Below, piece after piece: positions 23,091-36,084 of a stretch of DNA of 64,000 nucleotides; position 1 is the first letter of the stretch; every line of letters starts with the position of its first letter. The DNA is from Lama guanicoe (lineage: Eukaryota), in the NCBI GenBank assembly GCA_013239625.1, contig MU053216.1, positions 2,012,943 to 2,076,942 on the forward strand, read 5' to 3'. A program made the translations under genes and the position numbers. The notes under the pieces were generated by a model. That model searched no databases. It saw only the letters and a list, made by a program, of their open reading frames with translations, and was not told the origin of the DNA.

Positions 23091-24667
23091 AAGCAGTCCA
23101 AACCAACTAGTAATATTCACTCTTAGTCTCTTTTCCCCTTTGCCTGTTATCTTGAAGCTTTATTTGGATTGGGTGCATCAAGCCACTTTCTCATTTTAGA
23201 ACAATTTGAGTGCATAAATATTTGACAGCCGTTAGGGAAAAAAATGGGTGTTTTCCTCTTTGCTTCTAGGTATTGGGTTGTTCGACATTAAAAACCTTTC
23301 ATGGATGATTGTTGCAGGAGGGCATAGCACTGGCAGTCTAGTTTTAATAACTACATTCATGTATACATTCTGGCAAAAGATCAGGGACTTTGGTCCACTG
23401 GGAGATCCTAGAATGATGGAGCCAGAAGAGTCATTTTGAGACTCTCGAGTCCCACCTTACCATTTTGCAGATGAGGATATTCGTGGCATCCAGGGCTTAA
23501 GTTACATGTCGGTGACTGTTCCACAGAGGCTGAGTGGGGGCTGGGTCCAGCTGTCTAAGTCCCGGGAAACTGAGCTCGTGTCATACTGGATCCCCGCCTT
23601 CTCTGTCCTCTTCCTGTATCCGCGGTGATTCTCAGTCCTTAGGTCTCTCCTGATGACATGTTATAGGCACGTGATCATGCTGATGAGGCCAGTTTATCAG
23701 TTAGCTGCCCAGGGAGAGATAGGGAACAGACCGCGCCTTTGTTTACTCAACGCCTGTTTACCGAGTGCTACCACGTGTCCTGTATTGCACCAGACACGGG
23801 ACACGGCAGAGGATGCCGTGGATGAGACCCCGCACTGGCATGGGAACGTCGGTCCAGGTAACGGAAGCAAGGTAGCAGCACTTGGAGATCATTTTTGCTC
23901 CATAAATGAGCTGTAAGTTATTGGACTGTCAACACACGCTTCACCCCTAAGGTGTCCCGCACTGCAGGTTGTTAGGTGTTTGATACAGGGTTTCCTGTGT
24001 GGCACAACCATCTCTCCTTTCATCACCTAGGATACAGTTTCGTTCCTCGACTAAAATTATAGGAAGGTGTTTGTCCACGAGTCCCTAAGACCTGGAAACA
24101 GAATGTCCTTTAGGGCTCTTGTCAGGGGTCAGGTGGAGTCCCCGCTGACTGCAGAGAACACCTGTGACATCAGGGGACAGTGGCCGGCAGGTGGAAGATT
24201 TGACAGCCGATCACAGGCAGCAGGCTGGAGGCAAAGGACCCGGCAGGAAGGGCGAGTGGGACAGAAGCCTGGCCGCCAGGTGCGGGACTGTAGCCCCTGC
24301 GCTCGGCTTTCAGGGCGGGAGGCCCACCACCTGGGACATTTCGGAAAGGAAGATGTCAGGACATTGAGAGGGGACCCATGGCAGAGGCTCAAGGTAGGGC
24401 AGGATGGCAGGGTTACTGGAGCCGAGTCACAAGGTGACACCCGGTAGAGAGAACCCAGAAAGAGCCAGGTGCTCAAAGCTGAATTCAAAGCTCAGAGGGA
24501 AACTCCAGGTAAGCTCCTCTTATGCTGATCAAGACTTGGCGGCCCTATTTTCCAGCCTAAGGACCAGGAGCTGCCTACAGATCCGTTTAAGGGGTTCTAG
24601 GTGCGGGGAACAGGGAAGAAGGACTATCTGGAGGCAAAGAGCCAGCAAGTGGATTGACACTATCTTT

Positions 24668-24864
24668 CAGAAGTGGCTTTCACACTTGTGCACATCAGAA
24701 TCACCTGAAAAGATCACTGAAACACGACTGCTGGCCCCACGTCCCCATCCCTCCTGGAGGCTCCGATTTGGTAGGTCTAGGCTGGGGCCAGCTAGAGTGA
24801 ATATAATGGGTTCCCAAGTAAAGCTGATGATGTAGGTCGGGGACCACACTTTGAATAGTCCTGT
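24668..24864. mobile_element. MER5-like hAT-Charlie DNA transposon
   Basis: gcacatcagaatcacctg..ctgctggcccca..gatttggtaggtctaggctggggcc..ggaccacactttgaatag. Confidence 0.75.
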
Positions 24865-25396
24865 CTTGTAACATCAAAGATGCTTAAAGCGACATACGGA
24901 GGTGGTTAGGACCGTCGAATGGTACCTGCTTCCAGTAGGTTTCTTCCAGGAAGAAGCAGGAAGCTCAGGGAACCTGCTTCCTTTCAGTTCCTCCGAGTGT
25001 GTAGTGAACATTTAAACTCTGTGGCAGTAACTTTCAAAAACTACGTTTCCCCCCACTAATACAAGTGTTCAATTTGATATGTATCGATTTGCTGAAAAAA
25101 ATGGATAGTCTTTAAAAGTGAAAGCAAGGTTAAGTACTTGCCGCCTGTTACATCCTCGGGCAAATGTCTCCTGGGTGAGGTCAGGGCTGCCCCCGCTTGG
25201 CTCATCACTGTGCCCCTGGCACACGCTGCCGGGGCCTGCCAGGGAGGCGGGGGGCATTTGTTAAGTGAGCCAGTAAATAAATTTAGTATGCCTATAATTT
25301 TATTTTTATTTTTAAAGAGAGATGTTCATGTTTTAATGGAGAAAATATTGGCATATGTCTGACTATAATGCCGTGTCATGAAGAGAATTTCTTGAA

Positions 25397-25397
<1 letters not shown>

Positions 25398-25449
<52 letters not shown>
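25398..25449. repeat. (TG)26 microsatellite
   Basis: Perfect dinucleotide run. Confidence 0.97.
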
Positions 25450-25450
<1 letters not shown>

Positions 25451-25549
25451 CTATAATAATTTCTACTGTATTAACTTTTCTTCTGTGGCCGCCTTAAAAT
25501 TAGAATGTGAAGTAGTTGACACGAAGAGGGGAGGTGGGGGCACCAGCAG

Positions 25550-27180
25550 ATGGCACATAAGGAGTGCGTGCGGGGTGGGGGGTCTGCATAGGGGGTATCA
25601 GCCCTCCCTCCCCTCGGCCCCCGTCCGCTGCCCAGCGTTTGTCCACAGCGCCAGGGGTGACGTGACGGGGCCGGCCCCCCGCCGCCCCGCGCCGCCCCGG
25701 GCCACCCTGCCTTGCCTCCCTGGTCCTCCCAGCAGGACCCGCACAGCTGCCCCAGATCAGGCCTGCAGGCGGGCGGCAGTTCCCCGCCCTCGGCCTCCCC
25801 GGCTCTAACCAGAAGTAAAACTGCCGTGCTCCTAAAAGGAACTGTAAGAACAAGCTGATACCAGCAACGTTTAACGTGTAAATAATTCAGAGCTGCCAGA
25901 TTTTGTTCGAACCACCGGCGCCCCATTTTCCTCGTCTCTTGCTTCGCTTTCAAGTTGCTCTTTTCGTCCCACCTGGAATCACGGAGGACGATCGTTTCCA
26001 CCTCCCCACCCTCCTAAAAAAGCGCGAAATCTTGGATTCAAACCGCCTCCCGTGGAAGCGCGGCACCCGGCACCCGCGGCAGGAGCAGCGGCGGCCGGGG
26101 CGCTGGCGGTCACCTGGCCGAGGCGGGGGCTGCTGGCCGCGCTCAGCACTGCGCGCCGGCGCCTGGAACGCCGTGGCCGCGCGCTTCGCACACGTCAGGG
26201 GAGGGGCTCAGATGGAACCGGCGCTGGGAGCGAGGGAAGCCATTTGCGCCCCAGCTTCAGCGATGCTCTGCTCCCACCCCCACCCGCGGGGACTGCAGAG
26301 TGACCGCAGGCGGCCAGCGCGTCGCTGGAGGAGGACGGCGTCTCCTGTTCTGAGCTCCGCTACGCCGCACGCGGTCATAAGGGCGCGCGCTCCCTCCACG
26401 CAAACAGGCGGCTGGGCGGCCTCTGTAAAACTCATCCTCCCAGCAGCCCGGGCTGAGCCAGGAGGAGCAGGGCTTCGGGGGCCCAGCCCGGACACCGGCC
26501 CCCGAAAGAGCTAAGGGCATCTCTGGGGCCCTCACTTCCTCGGCGTAGGATGGGGACGGTGGTCCTCGTCCCGCCTCTCTGCGGGGGGCAGTGGAGACGC
26601 AGCCCCCGAGGGGCTCATGTCCCGGAATGTGCAGGGAAAAGTGTTTTCATGTCTGAGGTAAACGTGAGTTTTTTTATTTGAAGAGTATTTGTGGGCGGAA
26701 GGAGCATGATCATGCGGAGGTGCCCCGCGTGCAGAAGACGGCCTGCGGCTCCTCCGGAGGAGGATGGACCCCGGTTTCGAGAGGAGGATGCGCTCAGGCA
26801 CGCAGGGCCGTAGAAGGACGGTGGTGGCTGTTGTTGGCCGAGCATCTTCTTTGGGCCAGGCGCTGAGATGAGGGGTGTCCACGCAGCCTTGCTAAGTGGG
26901 AACAGTTGCTCCCACTACAAAGGAGGAAACTCTGGCGCTGGGAGTTCACAGTGACCTGCACCGCGCCCCGCGCCTTGTAACGGGCAGAGCCAGGACTCGC
27001 ACGGAAGCCGGTGCTCTGACCTGGGCCCAGACGCTCCACACTTCCCCCTACGTTTCCTCCCCATCTCTCTCCTCTTCCTCTTCCTTTCCCTTGTCCATCC
27101 CCCAATTCTTTATTCTCCTCTGCACGCGCACGCACGCGCACACACACACACACACACGAGTCCGTCCGTCCCACGGTTAA
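25550..27180. promoter_or_regulatory. Large CpG island; candidate promoter or enhancer
   Basis: ~1.6 kb, CpG-rich, no recognisable repeat; tandem CRE half-sites TGACGTGACG at 25658-25667; GC box ccccgccc near 25782-25789. Confidence 0.7.
27121..27158. repeat. Mixed (CG)/(CA)n alternating tract
   Basis: tgcacgcgcacgcacgcgcacacacacacacacacacg. Confidence 0.9.
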
Positions 27181-27193
27181 AATTCAGCACAGC

Positions 27194-27287
27194 GGGAGGA
27201 GGGAGGGTATCGGTCAGTGGTAGAGCGTGTGCTTTACCCGAGGTCCTGGGCTCAATCCCCAGTGCCTCCATTTAAAAAATTAAAATA
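27194..27287 (+). mobile_element. tRNA-derived SINE (short form) with TSD
   Basis: TSD aaaatt(c/a)agca(c/t)agc at 27179-27193 and 27288-27302. Confidence 0.85.
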
Positions 27288-27581
27288 AAAATTAAGCATA
27301 GCAAACAACGAGGTCTTCCTGTACAGCACAGGGAACTATATTCAATGGCCTGCAATAGGCGTTTATGCATTTTAAGACTTAGTATAATGGTGACTATGAT
27401 ATAGGATAAAAACAAGAGTGGAGAGCAGGTGTTCTAAAAATTGTTATTAAAGAAATGTACCAATAAATCCATTGTCATATTTCCCTACAATTCCTTTTAT
27501 CATACGAGTTATTTTCTTAATATTAGTCAATAATGTAGACTATAAATCTTCTTCCTAAAAGAACGAGAGTCTAGTGTTTTT

Positions 27582-27672
27582 TTGTTTTGTTTTGTTTGTC
27601 TTGTCTGTTTGTTTGTTTGTTTGTTTGTTTTGGAGGGGGAGGTAATTAGGTCTAGCCATGTGCTCCCCCCGT
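27582..27672 (-). mobile_element. SINE remnant with central deletion
   Basis: Tail ggaggtaattagg joined to a 5' end remnant; TSD agtct(a/g)gtgt(t/c)ttt at 27568-27581 and 27673-27686. Confidence 0.65.
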
Positions 27673-27749
27673 AGTCTGGTGTCTTTAAAGTGTGTGTTAC
27701 AGAGCCGGGTGGCAGATATGATTGAAGGGAGTCAGCATGGCTTTAGCTA

Positions 27750-27865
27750 ATGTATTTCATCTGCAAAATGGGGGTGATAAGCCTTGTCCCCAGCTGACCT
27801 CAGAGAATCGTTATGTGAGTTAACTGAAAAGAGCCGTGCAGCATTCTATGAATGTAAAAGCGACG
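27750..27865 (+). mobile_element. MIR core
   Basis: tttcatctgcaaaatgggggtgataa..cctcagagaatcgttatgtgagttaactga. Confidence 0.7.
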
Positions 27866-28131
27866 GTTATGTGCAATGTAATTAATATTCAGGGAGGTTT
27901 TTTTTGGCTTTTGATCTTTTGCTGGTAAAATTGTCATTACTTCAAATAAGCCATAAACACCTGTTTTTTGGCTCTGTGTTCAGTAAGTAAGTGTTTTCGT
28001 CTTTCTTGCACTTATAAACTTACTGTAATTTTGCCTTCTGTGTGATGTTTGCATTTATCTTATTTTTGCCCCCTTCTGCTCTGGCAAGTACGTGCCAAAT
28101 AAAATGTTAGTATCAGCAAATGGCAATAAAA

Positions 28132-28255
28132 TAATCTTATACTAAACCATAATGGAAAATAATGTATATGTACATATACGTAGCTGAATCACTTTGTTGT
28201 GCACCAGAAACTAACATGGGAAATCAACTTCAATTAAAAAAATTTAAAAATAAAA
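28132..28255 (+). mobile_element. L1 3' tip
   Basis: ccataatggaaa..gctgaatcactttgttgtgcaccagaaactaac..cttcaattaaaaaa. Confidence 0.75.
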
Positions 28256-28945
28256 TTCCGCACAGCCTTTACTACTTAGTAGCCAATAATGATAGTTTAG
28301 GTTTTTCAGTGGACTAGTTTTCCTGCTCATTTAAAGGAATCATACTTTAATGTTCTCATGGTCTAACTTTAATGTTTCATGTTTTTAATTTTCATGTTTT
28401 GATATTTTTAAACAAATTGGGTGCTATAGACGATCAACATTTCAAATATCACATCTTAGAGCCTGGGTTGGTGGCTCTGGCATCAAATCCATACTTTAAA
28501 AACATGACTGGCTGAGTGAACGAAGCCTGTTTCTTTCCACGTTGTGTTCAATCCCGGCAACACTGGGCTATTCATGCAGGTAGAGCCCTGTGATGGGGGA
28601 AAAGCCTTTCAGTGTAACCAAAACGCCTTCCCGTGGCAGCGGTTAGGGCGCCATGCTCCTGACTGGCGGTGTCAGGACAGGAGGCCTTTCGCGCAGGCAC
28701 GGGGTGCGCGCTTTAGCACAGACGCCCTCTATTCACCAGTCAGCCCAGGCAGGACTTTACTCTCAGCCAATGGGACGAGACACCTTTGCTTTCCTAGATG
28801 ACTGCCTACCTCGGCGCGGGGACTGAGGGAGGTGGTAAAGGTGAGGACTTTTAGCAAATGCCGCATCTGAATCCCCTAGATTGCCCACTGCGGAAACATG
28901 TTTACACTGACTTAAAAAAACTGGGCTGCAAATTATGTCTTTAGT

Positions 28946-29078
28946 GGGGAGGGCATAGCCCAGTGACAGAGCACGTGCTTAGCATGCACAAGGCTCTGGG
29001 TTCAATCCCCAGGACCTCCATTAAGTAATAAATAAATAAATAAACCTAATTACCCCCAAGAAAACTTAAAAGAAAAAA
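28946..29078 (+). mobile_element. tRNA-derived SINE
   Basis: ggggagggcatagcccagtg..ctgggttcaatccccagg..taaacctaattacccc. Confidence 0.92.
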
Positions 29079-29387
29079 GTCTAGAAGTATCACGTATGTA
29101 GTGGGGAGCTTGTCATGAACAAGTCTCAAATATGCATGAAAAAGAGTAACTTTTCAAGTCACCCTTTGGAACGCCAGGGGAATAAAAATGTGTAATTTAC
29201 CAAGCACAGATTGGAACAGGGCGTGGGAAGAGGTGTCCGTCTCTCCTTCACACCTGAGAGGCACCCATCTCTCCACAAGTCTGGTCCATCGCTTAAAAAC
29301 TTAATACACGTAAGAAATCTTGATCCAAGTTCCTCTGGCTGAGCATCCACATCAACGAAAATGCCTGTTACAATAAATCAACTTTTA

Positions 29388-29511
29388 GGGGCAGGTGTAG
29401 CTCAGTGGCAGAGCGTGTGCTTGAAATGCACGAGGCCCTGGGATCAACCCCCAGTGCCTCTGTTTAAAACAGTAAATACACCTAGTTATCAGCCCCCCAA
29501 AATGAAGAAAA
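29388..29511 (+). mobile_element. tRNA-derived SINE
   Basis: ggggcaggtgtagctcagtggcagagcgtgtgc; flanked by caactttta repeats. Confidence 0.88.
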
Positions 29512-29934
29512 CCCAACTTTTAACTTTTATTTTTAAAATATTTTATTTTTATTGTTCAATTAACTAGTTTATTTTGGGGGGGAGGTAACCAGTTTACATA
29601 CTTGTGATTTTTAAGTGCCTATGTTTATATTGATTAGTAATTGTGTCTACATATTGAAAATTAAACTGCAAATTTTGAAAATTTATTCTTAATCAAAAGT
29701 TAGAGTTCACTTTACTGAACACTCGATACTAACACAATATTGTAAATCAATTATGCTTCAATTTAAAAAAAATCACATCTTGATTTTCTGATATTTCACT
29801 GAGGAACATTATTTTCCCCATTTTCTTTCGCAGAGATCAACACATCTTATGCATCACCTTAGATCAGGTGTATGGACTCAGATCTTTTAAGGGCCTTCCC
29901 TTCATCTGCCAAAACTGGTTTGCAAAATGCCTAT

Positions 29935-30130
29935 TGCTAATATTTAATGCGCGCTCACCGTGTGTGTATGCTTAGTGTGCACGTGTTTTGTGTGCACTGT
30001 TTTTCTGAATCCTCTACCCTGTGAGGTGCTTGCTGTGATCATCCCCGATTTACAGGTGAGAGAGCCCAAAGGCCGTGAGAATTCTGGAACTGAACCCGTA
30101 TCCTGACCACACAGCCCATGCTCTTAACCA
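29935..30130 (-). mobile_element. MIR
   Basis: gaatcctctaccctgtgaggt..atccccgatttacaggtgag..tgaaccc. Confidence 0.65.
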
Positions 30131-31052
30131 CACTGTTCATCCGTAATGTCACTGTGAGCAAAGTTAACATTCAGGAAACAGTGATGACACAACAAGACAT
30201 TGTGCAGGGGAGGGTGACAGTGGGGCCTAGACCGATGCTTACTCCTGCTTCTCATCCTTTCCCAGGTCAGCATTGGCATGCCCCTCTTAATTCCTTGGTG
30301 TTCTCCTCGAGGTTTCTCCCCCATGAGCGATCAAAAAATCTCTCCTCCAGAGTAGACTAGGGGACGAGGGTCTGCTTTGGGCATCACCCAAGTGAAGATT
30401 TCTATGGAGTGGGTCCCCCTTTTTTTGGGAAGGGACCATGATTTCCCCTGAAATAATGTCATGGTGTCCTGGTGGGTGAACACGGATCTTTCATCCCCTC
30501 GGCTGGGCCCTTTGTGGGAGAGAAGCAAGGATGTGCCTGTCGACTGGTGTTAGAGGAGCCACAGTGGCTCGGTCCCGGGACGAGTGTTGCCTGATTGTTC
30601 TGTGGGCTGGAAAAAGGGCAGGCTTGGGGTGCGTCAGGGGTGGAGGGAAGGAAGCAGTTTATTCCATTTCTATAGACGCGGAGTGAGCCACGGGCTGATA
30701 GTCTTTGGCAGCAGGAAATTGACATGACTTCTGGAGAGCACTTCCTGTCCTGAAAGGAAAGACTGTCCACTTTGCACATTTCCCGCAGGGCTTCCTAAGA
30801 AAGAAACACTGCTGCCTGAGCTGCGGTCTGTGGTTGCTGCCCCCCAGGAGGTCCTCTGGGGAATTCACAGGCAGGAGGGAGGGGCTGAGTAGCCTCACTC
30901 CCCTCCGCATGGGTTGCCCCACCCCATCGATTTGTCTTCAAGCTAATTGACTAATTTTTTTTATACTGTCACTTGCTGATATTGTCTAAGTTTAAGACAT
31001 AGAATTCATAAGTTCCCAGTGTGGGCTAGGGTTCTGTGCCAGGAAGCTCTGG

Positions 31053-31120
31053 CCAGCCCCAGCCAGTCCAGCCAGCCCCAGCCGGTCCATCCAGCCCCAG
31101 CCCGTCCAGCCGGCCCCAGC
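31053..31120. repeat. 19-bp minisatellite, ~3.6 copies (ccagccccagccNgtccaK)
   Basis: Units at 31053-31071, 31072-31090, 31091-31109 and a partial unit at 31110-31120. Confidence 0.85.
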
Positions 31121-32699
31121 TGCTCCCTCCACCTGAGGACCCCTTGAAGAACGTTGGTGGAGGGATCAGCAGAGGCTGAGACCCCCGTGTGGTTGGGGCT
31201 GGGTACTGGGTGTGCATGTTTCCCCAGGACCAGATCTGACCTTTTCTGCCTCCTCTATGCTGTGCCGTGTCCCTTCTGACCAGACACCCGGTCTCCCATC
31301 TGAAATTCAGCAAAGCCCCAGCCCTAATCATTCTAGGTACAGCCTTGCTCCCTCAGAGAATAAATAGCTGGGAGGTTTCACGGACCACCGATTTTTACTG
31401 GACACGAACTTATAGGGCCAAATTCTGTCTCCCAAAGATCGTAAACACTACGCACTTCACCAACCTGTAAGTTGACAGTTTTGAGGCAAATGCTTGGTCC
31501 AAAGCCAGGAGTCTAGTGCAAGTCAGGGTGGAGGCACGAGGCATCACACCTCATGTGTTAAAATCAGCTCTTGGAAGTAATACTGAAATAGTCATAGAAT
31601 GATTTCTGTATGACCACGAGGAGGACTACGGGGCCTCAAGCATTCTTTAACCCGGCGTCCTCCCTGTCCTTCGTGCAGACAGATGTCAGCGCTGTGCGGG
31701 GGTGTCGCGCCTCCGCGTTGCTATGCGACCAAACGCAGCCTCTCTGCGTCCTCTCCGCCTGTGTCCCGTTTCCGTCCGACAACTCAAAATAACCAGCGCT
31801 TCAACACGCTGCTTCCTCCTTTCTGCGGAGTTGAATGTCTATCAAGTATCTTCCTGGGCTTCCTGTCTCTTCCTGTTACATCCTTGAAAAAATGTGCCTG
31901 CCCCAGATTGATTTTCCTCATCGCTTCCTATTAACAGCAGCGCACTCATTGCTAAGGCAGGCAGAGCGCGCCGAGTGAGCCCTGCAGCTGCTGCCGGGGG
32001 AAAATGGGTCAGCCGACTGTGTGGTGTTCGGAACCAAGATTTGTTGTTGCTGTGGTCAGGTGTGGAGTTCCTGTTTGTCGTTTTTATCGTGGCGCTGTTT
32101 CCCGACAGATACTAGAAAGTAAAAAAATTAAAAAAAAAAGAAAACCAACCAACCAAACATCAAAGCGACTCTTTTCTCATTTCTGGGCTTAAGAAACAGG
32201 ATAATAAACTTGACGATTCTTAGAAAATGAGATCCGGCAGAGGACACGAATTGTTGTTCTGCATTTTAAAGATAGGCAGTGCGGAATTTAAAGAGAAAAA
32301 TCCCTAAAACAAAACAAAAAACAGAAACAGAAAAGAAGTTTTCTTTTTTTAAAGACTGTAGGTCACGTTGGGTTTTTTCTTGTTTAAGCGCTAGAGAATT
32401 AGGCTCCCTTATGGATTCTTTCAAAACTCATTTCATGCCCCCTTAATTCACGCCATTTTTCTTGTCCCTAGCAGTCACAGATCTCAAATAATCAGACTAA
32501 AGTCGGCCCAGCTGAGCAACCAGTGGATGTTGGGGGGGGGATGACACCGAGGCTGGAGCGGTTGGGGAAAATACACTCCTCGTTCCTTGCCCTTTAGTGA
32601 TTCCAAATTCCAGCTTCTGAAGGAAGAGCTCGCGTCAAGTGGGAAAGCATGCGTGTAGCTGAACATTCAGACAACACGTGAGGCACAGCAGTGTTACTT

Positions 32700-33465
32700 G
32701 TTCTTAGTTTAAAAACCGAAGGCGCCGCAACACTGCGTGTTTTCAAACGAAGCGTAACACGGCAGGAGAACCATGCGGCTCCGCAGTTACTGTAAACGGG
32801 ACCGGAGGTTTCAGTCACCTTCACTGTCTGTGAAATTGTGGGAAATGTTCCGTTTAGAGGTGGGCACGTCGCTCCTCTGCGGAGTCCCCGCAGCTCCCCT
32901 CGGGCTGGGGGGCGGGGGGCCTCACTTGCGTCCGCCCCGCTTCCATGCCTGACTTGGCCACGTTTGTGCCGGCCCTTTGCCTGAAGAAGGCTCCACCGAT
33001 GATCATTAGGACAGCTGACAAGCGTGGCCAGGCCCCCCGCGCGCTCTGCGTCTCCGTACTCGGAACGCGGCGAGTCCCTGCGCAGATCCGGACCCCAGCA
33101 GACGTGAGGAGCGCTGAGGACCTGCTTCCGGGCACCGCGCAGCCGAGGTTACCGCGGGGTCCGGTGGCGCACCGGACCTTGTCAGCGTGGCCACCGCCCC
33201 GCACGTCCTCCCGGACCCTCCGGCTCCGGCACGCGAGTGGGCCGCGACAAAGTGAAGCGGGGACGTGGGTGACGGCAGCAGGTTGGACGCCGCGGAGGGC
33301 ATGGGCGGGGCCCCGCCTGCGCCGTTAGCGTGGGTGGTGCGGGAGGACCTGCGCGCCCAGGGGTGGGGGGGCGGCTCCTGGAGGTGTTTGCCGGGCAGGT
33401 GCTGGTGCTCTTCGCCTGGTCCTGTGAAAAAGACAACCCAGGTAGAAGGCTGGCAGTGCGCACGT
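32700..33465. promoter_or_regulatory. CpG island (orphan)
   Basis: CpG-dense; GC boxes ggggcgggg near 32909 and gggcgggg near 33303. Confidence 0.6.
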
Positions 33466-33473
33466 GTTCAGTT

Positions 33474-33646
33474 CATATACATGTGTATCTGTGTATGTAT
33501 GTCTACGTGTGCGTATGTTTACGTGTGTGGGTGTATATATGTAAATATTTGTGTATCCCTGTGTGTGCATGTGTATATATCTGTGTATGTGTGTATATAT
33601 GAGTAGTGTGTGTATATGTATGCATGGTGTGTGTGTGTGTATATAC
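33474..33646. repeat. Degenerate (TG/TA)n tract
   Basis: ~170 bp of nearly alternating purine-pyrimidine sequence. Confidence 0.85.
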
Positions 33647-35569
33647 AAGTGTCTGTATTACACAGAGAAGTAGTTATTAAAAATGATTAAAACCACTCAA
33701 GACAATTTTAGCTCATTCCTTAAACGTGGGCATCAAATGCTACCTTATAGCTCTAGTTTTTGTGTAGTTCTGAAAGAAATTTAGGTACAATAACTCTTTT
33801 CCATTAGATATTTAAATTTTTTAAGTGGCTGTCATACGATAATTCCATCAGATCGCCAAAGTTTTTTCATCTTGTGATTGAGAGAGTCCCCTGTCCTCTG
33901 ATTCATATCAAATGCAGAAAAATAAGTAACCCATTCAAGTAAAAAGAAACTCATTTTTGGAATGTCCTTCTGTTCTGAAGGCTTGGGAACATTCTGTCCA
34001 GCTCCATCGTCCCCTCGGTGTATTTCATCATGTCATTGGAACCCGTGAGCCTGAGTATCCGTTCCCATCTTGACCATGAGTGGTGGGGTTCATGGTGCGC
34101 GTTCCAGGCAAGATAGTGAGTCCGCAGGGCACCGGTCCTCGGCCCGCCGCTCCCTGGCACGTGATGGGGGCGGGAGGGGGAGCCAGGAGCAGAACCCCTG
34201 CCCGGGGGCGAAGCAGCCTAAATCGTTCAGCACGGCAGCGGTGACTGGGCGAGATGGCGTACCCTAAAACTCATGCAGCTGCCGTAAGGATGGATATCAG
34301 AGAGAATCTCCCCCTGCCCCATTTAGATAAGTTTTGTTATTTCTCCGAGTACTAGAGTAAAGCTCCCTCGTTGCAGAAATTTTAAAAAGCAACGTGCCTT
34401 GCTGATCGCTCACCACCAGCACCACTGAGATGTGTTTCTTTCCTTCCTGTCTTCCTGCCTCTGGATGGGGATTGTCCTGCGTGTGGTTCTCCAGCTGCTT
34501 TTTCCTACTTCTGAACGGTTTTCCAAGTGGTTAAATATTGTAAATTCTGATTGATAGCAGCTGCCTGTACCTTTCATATACAAGTAACTGGTTATTTATC
34601 CATAGGGTAAATTCATTCTACCTTTTAAAATAGCTACAAATTTTATTATGAAAGAATGCAAAATTGTGAGAAAGGCACGTTTTGTATCTGGTCCCTACCC
34701 ACCTCATCCTTCCGACCCCTCCCTCTAATACAGCGCACACAACACCCTCCTGGTTGCAGTCTGTTCAGACTCGCCTCTTCTGGAGCAGTCTGACACTTGA
34801 GGGACAAGCTTCTCTTCTGAACTCAGCTGACACTTTTATTTTAGGAGGCTTCCTAGATACTGTGTGTCAAAGAGGACACTGAAAGTGCGGGGAAGCAAAT
34901 CCCGCCCAGAGTCTTAGTCAGTGCACCCCCAGCCTCTGTGGGGCACCCTTTGGAGGAGACAGAAGTACTATTCTGCCAACACTTTGCTGGGTCATAATTT
35001 TGATGTCTGTCTCCTCAATAACACTGTCAGTTCCTTTACTAGAGGTCCAGGGAGGGGAACCTCTCGTTCCTGCTCACAGCGTAATACAGTTCTTGGCATG
35101 TCGCAAATAATGGTAATGATGGTAATGATGATGATAATGATAAAAGCAGCTTTCTTAATTGGAGTGGTCAGCGAGGACACTCAAACTGAGACCGTGGGAT
35201 GTGGCCAGTCTCAGCAGTGAAGGGAAATTTCTACACCCAGGGCAGAAAGCACACAGGGGAAGGCTGGTGGAGGCAAACTTGCCTGATAAAACGGAGATTG
35301 GGTGATATTAAGCAGAAGAGTTATGCTCATGTCCAGTGGTTAGAACATTTTGGGTACACAAAGTGAAGTTTGAGATAATGTACTCCAGAGTCATAGTGTT
35401 GTCACAATTTTTAATTAGTGCAGAATTCTTTTCTGTTGAGCCACATCCAGTAAAACAGATAATTCTGGCTGTCAGAGGCACATTCCACATGTGGAAGATG
35501 GGTAGATAATACTGTCTTTTAAGTAACAAAGATAAGGACACGCCCTGACATGGGATGGCTTTGTCCCGC

Positions 35570-35900
35570 CTGCTCCTCTCCCAATGCATCCGTCTTTTTC
35601 TCCTAACACTCTTACCCATCCTTCAAGATCCAATTCAAATATTCTTTCAGGCACTCACGGATGCCCCAGCCCAACTCTGTATGCCCTAAGACTTTCTCTT
35701 CAGTGCTTTCACAACGTTCTTGTTCTCTGGTCACAAATGTTTAATTATCCCATGTAGGCATTGCATGTCCCCCACCCCCACTATCCTGTGATCACCTCCC
35801 GCGCAGGGACCAAGTTCTATTTCGCTTTGCATTCTGGGGCTTATCACAATCCATGGCCCGTAATAGGTACTCAACAAATTTTATTGAGTGAATGATTGAT
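35570..35900 (+). mobile_element. L2 3' end
   Basis: cttacccatccttcaagatccaattcaaat..taataggtactcaacaaattttattgagtgaatga. Confidence 0.7.
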
Positions 35901-36084
35901 GTTCCACCAAGTATGTTGCAGGTTCTTGGTACAACCAGTAATGGGTTGTCCCCAGTGGTGGGGTTCATTGTGCTGTCTTTCTTGTCTTGATCACAATGCA
36001 CAGACAGATTGGGGTATTTCCCCTCAGCCTGGGACACCTAAGGCCATGTTTTCTCTGTTGCCCATACTTTGCCTTAGATCACAC

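Noticed and set aside
25471..27180. Multiple 100-200 aa ORFs in the CpG island
   Set aside because: Open in many frames, mostly with non-ATG starts, and no recognisable protein
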